A stretch of DNA of 56,334 nt, taken from positions 1 to 56,334 of the forward strand of contig ADNK01003043.1 in assembly GCA_000320545.1 (NCBI GenBank), written 5' to 3'. Below are positions 41,003 to 51,682 of the stretch, piece after piece. Under the pieces are notes generated by a model. It had not been told where the DNA came from. It was given only the letters and a program-made list of their open reading frames with translations, and did no database searches. The stretch is from Bigelowiella natans CCMP2755. Taxonomy: Eukaryota; Protista; Cercozoa. Every line of letters begins with the position of its first letter. Positions within the stretch are counted from its first letter, which is position 1. Made by a program: the position numbers and the translations under genes.

Positions 41003-42950
41003 TATAACAATACCCGTATTATGATTCATTTCCCTCGTCCATCGACCAAAGTCGTCGAGGGCTGACTGAGGAACTCTCTGATCATGTCATCAGGTCCAAA
41101 TCAAGTCGGCTGTAAAAAACAAGAAGCCGGTACATGCAATAAAGCCAGCGGCTAGAGTAGCTGCAAAAAAACCGGTTGCAAAAAATTCAGCAACTAGCAC
41201 GGTTATACCGAACGCTGTCCAAGAGGGAGGACCGATGACTACCAGACCTACTACTACCTCGGGGTTGGGGCAAGGATTGGGGGAAGGGGATAATAAAGAA
41301 GACGGAAAGATGGCGAAGAGAACAGCAGATTGGATATGCCTCGAGCAAAAAATGAGCATTAAAAGGCATGGAGCAGGGGCTGTGGTAGCAAAGGGCAAGC
41401 TATTTGTCGTCGGTGGTCTCCAAGGCAGTGGTGATGCTGCGCCAGAGTCATTCGACCTGAGAGAACGCAAGTGGGAAAAGCTTCCCCCCAACAAATGTGG
41501 TTCTCGTCGCTGGTGTACACTTTCAGTCTCGGGTGACCAAACGAAGGTCTACGTCGTCGGGGGTTGTAGGAGCTCTGTTGAGGTGCACAAGCTTGATGTT
41601 CTCCCAGTCGAAAAAAGGACCGAACTGATGTGATCCTTCTCTCACTACTGAATCTCATAATTTGATTCCGACAGGTGTACGACATCGGAACAAAGGAATG
41701 GAGCTCACTACCAGACATGTTACAACCTCGAGATGGCGCGGGGGTGGCGTTGACTCGAAAATACATGTACGTTGTTGGTGGCTGCGACATGGGAGGCAAG
41801 CCTTTGTCGAGCGCAGAGGTGTACAATTTTTCCGAGAAGAAATGGGTATTGATACACCAGGCCACGAAGTTGTCAGATATTCTATTATTGTAGTATGAGC
41901 ATTTCACAACATCGTCGGTCATGATTTCATGCATCTGACTTCCGTTGTTGTTGATTGCAATGCGGAATATATACTGAACGCAGACGATGATGCCTGAGAT
42001 GAATAAACCACGGGAAGGTGTAGCAGCTGTGGTCTCCAACGATGGGAAACGACTCTATGCGGTTGGTGGAAAATCTGGAGGTCTGTAAATTCGATGATGA
42101 TGATGATGATGATGATGATGATCTCACACGATAACATACCTGCTTCTATCCTGCTTCATTTGCCACAATAGGTCGGCTCCCAGCCCATTTGAGGAGAGCA
42201 TCCAGATCTACTTACCACACTCACTCCACTGCAGAGGTATTCGAGGACGGCAGCTGGAGAATGCTGGAAGCCACGATGAGTGTCGGACGAGAGGGACTCG
42301 GAGCTGTCATCACACCACAAGACGTTATATATGCGATAGGAGGCTGGGATAATGCTCGCCTTGAAATTCTAAATAGTGTTGAAAGATTAGACACAAGTCA
42401 CGTTGGGACGAAACCTTCAAGTAGCGGTTGGGAACTTTGCAGCAACGTAATGACACGAAGAAGGGACTATACGAGTGCAGCAATTGCCCCAGATGGTTCT
42501 CTTGTATTTGCAGTTGGTGGTCGAAGTTGTACAAATCCAAAAAAAAATGAAAACACAGTGGACGTGCTACGCCTTGACGACATGGTCGGTGAGAGGAGGC
42601 TAACGTTGTCATTTTTGCATGATATATGCGGATCTTGCAAGATGCCATGCGTGAGAATTCACTCTACTTCATGTGTCCATGTGCATCACAAAGGAAAGCA
42701 AAGTACGGCCCGTGTTGAAGCGAGATCTCGACCAAGTCTCCATGCTTGCGAGCGAGGTAATGAAAGCAATTGGAATAATCCCAGGGTCATATCTGATATA
42801 GCACGGAGCCGTACTTCGTGCAAAAAATGCTCCGGCGGAAAGAATAAACTTCATATAGGTGACACTGTGTTCAACATTCATCACAGATTTCTGCTTCATC
42901 ATCAGAATCATGAAGTGAATTGTCATCTCCTTCGTCGCTTTGTGAGATGA
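40677..42950 (+). CDS. Kelch-repeat beta-propeller protein (six repeats); start and 3' end uncertain
   Basis: Repeats LFVVGG, VYVVGG, MYVVGG, LYAVGG, IYAIGG and VFAVGG, with downstream E..D....W spacing, in 41330-42590. Lys/Ala/Pro-rich N-terminal region. Confidence 0.85.
40972..41002 (+). repeat. (TAA)n microsatellite, intronic
   Basis: About 10 perfect TAA units. Confidence 0.9.
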
Positions 42951-43199
42951 TGATACTTTTCTCTGTAGCAGAGTCGACGCAGCAGGCACATGCTTGCAAC
43001 ACGATTTCCGTCGTCACGTTGATTCGTTGATTGGCCAGAGGACGAATAATGAGAAAAAATTAAGGGACTTGAGAATCAAAGGCGATTCACAACGTCACCT
43101 AAAGGAAGCAATCATGATATACTCCATCGATAGCGACATCGTGTACAATGTCATGCATGTTGTTGTTCGTTCATCGCTGCTGCAGGCTGCTGCCAGCTG

Positions 43200-44400
43200 C
43201 AAAGTATAAGTCCATTTCGAAGGAGAATGAAGCGCGGAGCGACTCGGCTCGCGCAGCCAGCACAATTCCGCACGATGCACGACCAAAGCGCGGAAAAACG
43301 AGGATGTGCGTGCGCGCAATTTTGACACATCCAAATAAATTCTCCCGCCGCAGCATGCAACCACACATACTGCACAGTACACTGCTGAGCAGGACTGCAA
43401 TGGGCTTCATTCTTTGCTCACAATGATCACAATTCATCGATGTGCAAACATGCACATGCGCACTTGCTAGCTTGTTCTAGTGTTCAATGCACATGCGGAA
43501 TTTGCGCTACACAGAGCGATTCTCATGGATGGATGACACATTTGACAAACAAAATTCTCGTTGTCATGTGCGTTGATTTGGTTGTCACATGCTGAAGCTG
43601 GAAGTGTGCGTTCAGTGTGCTCAATCATCTATGATCTTCTGTGTACTACATCTAGACTGCAAGACATGTGTGTGTGTGTGTGTGTTGTGTGCGTGCATGT
43701 GCATGTTCGACCTACATGAATCCGAGGAGAACATCAGATCGATCAAGATCACTCCTGCTAGAATCTGAAAACAAGCCTGATTCGCGGTCAACTGGGAAAA
43801 TGTCGATGGCCACATGCAACGCATGCGCTGTGTGTGCTAGTGTGGTGGGCATCTCACAGCACGTGCATCCTCTTAGAACACTTGCATGCGCATGTGATGT
43901 CAAGTGCATGCACGCACATTCTGCATTCCTTCATTGTTTAATGGTTTTAGCGCAGATCTAGAGATGCAGATGCATGCGCGATCAATTGATGATCTCCTCG
44001 TTCCTGTGCAAGCAATTGAGATGACACACACAGACATGATGCATGGATCATTGAACTTGTAACACTTGATGATAGTTGTGTCATATTTTTTTCCATGATG
44101 ATGGACAACGTGTTGTCATGATGCATGCTAGCGTGTGATGCACATGTGACACAAGACACAATGCAATGTGACGTGCACATTGTACTCGTGTGAAATTGCA
44201 GTGTCCATCATAACATAGCAGTACATCTCATTGATGTACATCACAGACATGCATGCTGTGTACTTGTTCACCATACTTACGGAGTTAGCAGCGTAGATAG
44301 ATAATACCCTTAACGTGCAAGAATTCTCGTAATCATGTCGATTTGATTAACACATGATACTGCACATGAACATTCAGTGTGCTCAAGCATCTCGTGTGTG
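43200..44400. other. TpA-depleted, TpG/CpA-rich intergenic tract
   Basis: About 20 TA in 43381-44200 despite AT-rich composition, about a third of them in CTAG; dense CATG/TGCA. Confidence 0.75.
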
Positions 44401-45086
44401 CGTATTTACATAAATCCGATGAGAGTGACAGATCACTCTGAAATGCGAAGACAGACCTGATTTGAAAATGTCGGTGGCTACAACGCATACGCTACAATAG
44501 GTATCTTGCGTATGTATCCTCTATGTACATAGATTTGATATAAATGTAGATATACGCGATAAATTGTTCCCATATAAGCGAATATATGATGCATGGAGTA
44601 TTGAATACTTAATGATGATATCTTCTTTTTATAGAGTAGTATATGCCAACAAAATGTACAAGCTTCGCATATAATTCTCCATTGATGTCCTCCTCTGTAT
44701 AATGATGCTCCTCTTACTACTCAAGAGGGGCGACGATAGACGACGTACGGCGATATGTCACATATGAAGTTTCCTCCTAAAGTCAAGTTCCGTGAGAGAT
44801 GGAGATTAAACGACCTAACCAAGTACCACTGAGCTTAGTAATGCGTACATTTTATATGTTCCCTATATGTATATTAGAATTGATTACAATCATTGTTTAC
44901 CGAGTTTCGGTCTCTCCCCACCATCGAATCGCGATCGCCAACAACAGAGGCTCCTTTCATGTCCTGAGAGATTTAAGAATGCTTTAAGAGGCAACGCGGC
45001 GGAACTCAAACCCAACCTTGGCCCTCCCTCTCTTATCGTTCTAATTTCTCCCCTCATCTTCTGAGCAACCTCTCTCGTAGCTAAAT

Positions 45087-48000
45087 CTATGCGCGCGTGT
45101 GCTCTGGTTGAACGTTTATCCTCACCGTCGCGGAGCCGCGGGCCTTCATCGGGGAAGGCCCCTCCTTGCCGCTCTCGCCCTTCTTGTTGAAGATGACAAC
45201 CCGCTGCTGCTGGTTTTTCAAGAGGCAGTGCCACAGGGCGAAGTTGGCGAGGATGATCACGCTGAACATGATGACGAGGGTAACGATGACAGCAATCGTA
45301 TCGTCAGACAGCCCCTTGTCATCGTCGTCGTCCTCCTCCCCAACGCTCGGAGCTCCGACCAACGTCACCGTCCCCTCTCCATAAGAGCTTGCATCCCAGC
45401 CATTCGCAGCCGAGAACGCGGTCAGGAGCGCGGTCTCCACCTCCGCCACGCGACCGAAGGTGACCTGCAGGCTGATTGAAACGAGGGTTCCCGTCCCCAT
45501 GTTGGCTAGATCCGTCACCGTGACGCCCGACCTCGCCACGGCGAGGAGGGAGGCGGCCTGCTCGACTAGGGCGAATGTGAATCCGGCCTGCGCGGCCGGG
45601 CTGGCGCTGAAGTACTCAAAGTCAAACTCGACGTTGGCGACGATGCTGCTGACCCCGGAGGTCGGGTCGCCGTTAGGATATCCGATGCTGACGACGCGGC
45701 CGTTGAGGGGCTGCACGGGGCGGTTGGTGTTGCCGAACATGCTCGCCTTCTCCAGCCCCCGCAGCGCCCCGATGAGGATATCGAGCTGCTCCCTCGACAT
45801 GGTGATGGGGTTCCTGAAGACGTGCCAGTTGACGCCCTCCGAGCACGGAGGCGTGGTGAGAGAGCCCGGGTAGTTGTAGAAGGTCATATCCGCAGGGAAC
45901 ATCAGCGAAGGGTCGACGGTCACGGTGGAGAAGGTGTGCGACACGCCGGTGGTGCCCGGGAGCATCTGCCTCAAGGTGCGGGCGCTGGGGAAGCCCGGGT
46001 TCGCCTCCCCCTCCACCACCATCACCCCCAGCACCGCCAGGTTGCCCGCGCCGTCGACGTGGACGAAGTGGATCTCGGCGTCGAAGCCGCCGCCGTTGAA
46101 GAGGTGCTCCGAGATGTGGTGGAAGTGGATGTTGAACATCGAGTAATTGGTGCCGCCGACCTCCAGCGTGTTCCCGCCGACGCTGTTCATCACCAGCGTC
46201 TTGCCGTTGTTGGAGATGTCCACCCCAGTCGGGCCATACTGCATAGCGAAGGGCGTGGGCACGCCGCCCACAGCCTCGGACTCGACGATGTCGATGGGCG
46301 ACTGCTGCAGGCCGCTCTGGCAGATGGCCCAGGCAGGGTCAAGGGTGTGCCAGACGGCAGGTCCCTTATCCGGCTGGTAGTTCCAATCGGTAGTCGTGGC
46401 CGGCTGGTCCAGAGTCAGCACGCCCTCGTCCCTGGGGATCTCCGCAGGAGCTGCTCCTCCAGTCGCTGGGTTGCCTACGGGGGGGCCCTCCGCAGTGTAC
46501 CCGAGCGTCACCGTGCGGCCGTTCAGAGGCTGAAGAGGCCTGTTGGACTGCCCGCGGGGGCCTGCGGTTTCCACGGCGTTCAGCTGTGCCAGGAACACGT
46601 CGAGCTGCGCGGTGGCCATCTCGATGGGGTTGGTGAAGACGTGCCATACGACGTTCTCCGAGCAGGGGGGGGTGGTGAGCGATCCCATGTAGTGGTAAAA
46701 GCTCCTGTCAGCGGGGAAGAGGCTGTCGAGAGTGAGCAACTCGCTGGTCCTGTAGGCTACCCCCTCCTCGTCCGGCATGATCTGGGCGAGGCGCCCAGCC
46801 GAAGGGAAGGCAGGGTTGAACGCCCCCTCCCGGACCTGTACTCCGAGGACGGCGAGGTTCCCGAGCTCGTCGGCGTGGACGAAGTGGATCTCCATGGGGA
46901 AGAGGCCCCCGTTGAATGCGTGCTCCGAGAGGGTATGCACGTGGAACTGGACCAGATTCCAGGAGCGCCCGCCGATAACCACGGTGTTATCGACGGCGGC
47001 GAAGTCAAACACGAGGGAGACCCCGGTGTTGGTGACGGAGAATGGCGCGGGGCTGTAGTTGAACACGATGGCGGTGTCGACGCCCCGCACGACATCTAGC
47101 TGGACTATGTCAATGGGCGACTGCTGCAGGCCGCTCTGGCAGATGGCCCAGGCGGGGTCGAGGGTGTGCCACACAGCCGGCCCCTTATCGCTGTCATCGT
47201 AGTTGTACGAGGTCTTCGTTGGATCCGCCCCCTCAAGGACGACCGTTCCGACTGCCTGCGGAGGCTCAGGGCCCGGGACGAAGGGGGGCTCGACGGTGCC
47301 GTTGTTGTTGAGAGGATCATCGCCAGGGAGCGGGTAACCCAGGTACACCGTGCGGCCGAAGAGAGGCTGCACGGGGCGGTTGGTGAGGCCGGTCTCACTC
47401 GCATACTCGAGGTTCTGCAGCCGGTCCAGGAATATCGACATCTGGTCCTTCGAGAAGGTGATGGGCTCTCGGAACACGTGCCACTCCACGGCCTCCAGGC
47501 AGGGAGGGGTGGTGAGCGAGCCCTTGTAATGGTAGAAGGAGAGGTCGGAAGGAAACAGGCTCAGGATGTTCTCAATATTGAAGCTGAACGTGTGGGTGAT
47601 GCCGGTATCCCTGGGCAGCATTTGGTCGAGCTGGCGCAGGTCCGCAAAAGCAGCATTCGGAGCTCCCTCGGTGATCATCACGCCGAGGACAGCGAACTGG
47701 CCGATCGAAGGGCACTCGTGCACGAAGTGCAGCTCCATCGGGAAGCTGCCGCCGCTGAAGAGGTGCTCCGAGGAGTGGTGAAGGTGGGCCTGGAGGAGGT
47801 TGCATCGCAGGTTGCCGATGTCGGCGAACCCATCCAGCTCGAGGTCAAACTGGATGGTGTGCCCGTTGTTGATGACGATTGCGTCGGGGTTGCCGTAGCT
47901 CAACGTGATCGGGGTGATGATGCCGGGCTGGACGGTGTCGATGTCAATATCGATGGGCGACTGCCTCTGCCCGGTGCCGCACACCTCGGCAAAAGCGCTC

Positions 48001-49331
48001 CAGTTTGCAGGGCCGTTCGGTCCCATCGTCCAGTCGTACGTCGTCGCGGTGGAGATGGCGTCGAAGTTGAGCAGTCCCACGTTCTGTGCAGGCGGGGCTG
48101 GGGCGGGACCTCCACCACCAGTAGCAGGAGCGGCGGGGCGAAGGCCGAAGGGCGATTGCTGTTTCGAATGTAATCGGGGTATATGTAAGGTGAGGATGTT
48201 AATGCTCAATTAGGAATTCTAATCTATCTCACACACATGACGTGAATTTAAATTTTTGATTACCCCGACAACTACGGTGCGGCCGTTCAGAGGCTGTACT
48301 GGACGATTGGTCTCGCCTTTCTCCCCAGCATCGGCTAGATTCTCCAGAGAAGTGACCAGAATCTTCAGTTGCTCCCTCGAGAAGGTGACGGGGTTTTGCA
48401 TGACGTGCCAGCGGACGTCCTCAGAACATGGAGGCGTGGTCAGGGAGCCATTGTAGTGATAGTATGACCGCGTGCCTTCGGTGGGGAGGAGATCAAGCAG
48501 ACGAAGACCGAACGTCGGCTGCGAATATGTGGTTCCAGCAGCATCAGGGAAGATCTGTCGCAATCTGTCATCGATGGGGAAGGCAGGGTTCTCAGCCCCC
48601 TCGACTGCCATCACGCCGACGACAGCGAGGGCTCCATCCGCGTCGATATGCACGAAGTGCATTTCAACCTGAAGTGTGCAAAGAAGTGAGTTACTTTCGT
48701 GCGATTCCTAGAATGGACAGACTATCTCTCTGGCATTGGATTGCATTAATCAAGAAATCAAACGGGGTTTGCGAAGAGACCGGGAAGCTTCCTCCATTGA
48801 AGGTGTGCTCCGAGCGAGAGTGCATGTGCATCTGGAGAAGAGTGAATACTCGGCCGTCGATGCTCATCGAGTTTGGGCTCAGGTCGTTAAAAATCAGCGT
48901 CTTGCCCTGTTATGTTTGGAAATATGGCTAAAGTTAGTTCAGCATCTATCTCAACCAACGAAAACCATTGATTACGGTGTTGGAAACGGAGAATCCGGAG
49001 GCGACTCCATAGTTGAACAAAATCGGGGTTTGTACTCCAAGAACCGCAGTTTGGGCGACGATGTCAATAGGAGACTGTTCGAGTCCCGATTGGCAGATCT
49101 ACAAAAGAATTTAAGTTCAGCTCCATTTGTTATCAAGAGACGCGATCTTCTGCTCACCCCCCATGCAGGATCCAAGAGGTGCCATACGTCTGGGCCTTTG
49201 TCCTCCTTGTAGTTGTAACTCGTTGCAGTGCTAGCTGCTTCGATAGTGACTGTTCCATCAACAGGACCTACGCTGTCGAATGCGGAGACGGTTGCAAGGC
49301 CGCACGCTAACAAGGTCAAAGTCCGCTGCAT
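45087..49331 (-). CDS. Membrane-anchored alpha-carbonic anhydrase with four tandem catalytic domains
   Basis: Signal peptide MQRTLTLLACGLATVSA. Four copies of C..G..QSPIDI, HxH..SEH...G, E.HFVH, Y.GSLTTPPC.E.V.W and N.RP.QPL.GR. C-terminal TM IAVIVTLVIMFSVIILANFALW. Confidence 0.96.
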
Positions 49332-51682
49332 CTTAACCTGATTCAAAGAAAGCATGCAGCGGCACGATGTGAGCCAGAGGATATAGGAAAGTGAACGTTC
49401 GCTCTCCTCAGACAGCTCATGATCATCTAGGTGTGCGGGTTAGGGGATGAGTTTGGCCTCACAGGCGGGCTAGGCTTTTGAGCTCTGCGGGCCGCGGGAT
49501 GAGGACAGGTTCAGCGTAGCGACGGGCTCTCTTCTTTGCATTGTCAGGGTATCCACTGAAGCAATCTCGCGCAGCACCATTTTCAATCGACCGACAGAGA
49601 GATTCTTGTGGCTCCGACCACGAACCAGAGCGGTTTCGCGCAATCCCGGCTCGACCGCCAGGAGATTTTCTTTCGCCGGGCTCCTTTCGAGTGTTTCTCT
49701 TGGTGCGGCGGATGCTTGTCTCTCCTTCGTTTGGTGACTGGAGTATATCGAAATGCCAGTGGCAGGGGGCCGACGAAATTGGGATGAAATCCACTGTTAT
49801 TCTTCCGAGAGACAATTATTAATTGTCTCTTTTGGAAGGCAAGTGGCCTTCTAATTTTCAAAATGTGGCCGTAAACAGCAAACGTAGCCAAGATTCACTT
49901 CCATTTTTCTGCGAAACGATCCGTTTGCTGTATACCCACCCACGTGACACGCGCTTTTGACCATGAAACATCGCATTTTCCATGACGCACACGAGCGAAC
50001 AGTCTTGTTTTGCGATCGTGACCTAAAAATAGAGCTTTTCCGTGCAAATCGGGCCAAATAAAGTGTAAGATTTGCTTCGATGCTCAGAGCACACTTTGCT
50101 TAAAGCTTCGGGTCATCTTCCATAGTGCACGTAGTCTTGCGCAGTCTTGGTGAAAGGGGAAATATGTGAAAAAAATAAGATTTACGAGACGATTGTCTAA
50201 GGTGTTGGCTTCGAACTCATGTCGCAGTCAAAAATTCCATTATGTTCGTGCTCCCTAAGCAAAGCCGCTTGCGCTCTATCCACGTTCAAGCGACGTCGTC
50301 GCCGGGCGGGAACAAGCAAGCGGGCGCGAACGGATAGGGGAGTTCCTTTGGAAGTTAATTGTTCCTCTTCGGTTGGGACAGGGGTCGAAACTCCCATGGC
50401 CAACTTCGCCAGCTGTGAGTGGTTGCTCTCCTCTGCAATACGGCTATCGATCCGTAGCGCGTCACTGGACAAAATTAGCGCTTTCAGCTAGGTTGTGCGA
50501 TGCGTGAAGAATGGTTAAAGGATGTGGATCACTATGCAAACACGCGATAAACTACATGTATATGTGTGCTGCGTGTATCATACATGTTTAATCTTGCATG
50601 ATAGACATGTAATATAATATATATACTATATATGATATTATTGTGTCTATTATTTGCTTCATATGTGTGTTTGTGTTTGTGTTGTGGTACCTGGATGCTG
50701 GAAAGGTCATGGAATGGGGCATTCATAAGCAGCTTATGAATAATAAAATGGCTATCATTCCACATTACTACAGAAGCAATTTCCTTGCATCAATTCGTGT
50801 GATAAAAATCTTGAGTTGATATGTGTTAACCATACACGTAAGAGTACCAGTTTTGACTGCTTTAGGGTAAAATTTACCGGATGCCAACACATTACAGAAA
50901 GATCTGATGAGTACAGTTTAGGGATAATCTTCAATTTTGCTTGCTGATAGTTGCAGTAGTCGTCACTGACGCTACGTTCTTAGGATGCCATTATAGCACT
51001 ATGCGTTCTGCTCTGTTACGCATTGTAATATTTATCTTGTGATTCTCATCGATCGCATTCATGTTGCGGTATACCATTCTGCCCATACTAGCATAAGTAT
51101 GTTGGCATTCGAAGTTGATTGGTTGATAGGAGCGCATTCATTCGCTACATATGTACGTGAGTGTCCCCGCGCTGCGCAGCCAAGCGCGTGCATGATTTTA
51201 TGAATTCACGCTTGTCACCCTGCAACAATGGCATGCTGCTGTGCTCTCTCACTACTCCCATGCTGGCATGTGCTGTGAAGCTTCATACGCGAGTGCCATG
51301 CACTAGCTATGTTTAGATGTACTTACACAACCTTACATCACCAATGATAATAGACACAGTCATAATGCATTTGAACATATCGAGACATGTAGACACAGTC
51401 GTGCTACAATCGCACAAAGTAAATCTTGATCTTTTTCAGGTGCTTATAGATTCACATCATGCGAACACTTCATTTAAATTTACGCAATATCATTCCCGTC
51501 TCCATCTAGTTCATTGTGTGCAAAGGAAAAAAATCGCCCCAAGATTTGCATTGTTTTATTGTTTTCATTACCATGTCAGAGAGGGATACGTTTCTAGTGA
51601 TGCTCTATCCTTCCTGCCCACTGACCGTCGAACCTTCCGCACCTGTCGCGAGTCGTGTATCTTTCCTAGCTTTAACAACATA

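Noticed and set aside
45822-48173. Long plus-strand ORFs (425 aa, 335 aa)
   Set aside because: Antisense shadows of the GC3-rich carbonic anhydrase exon.
50197-50490. Possible orphan terminal exon (LKALILSSDALRIDSRIAEE...)
   Set aside because: No linked upstream exons or homology could be established.
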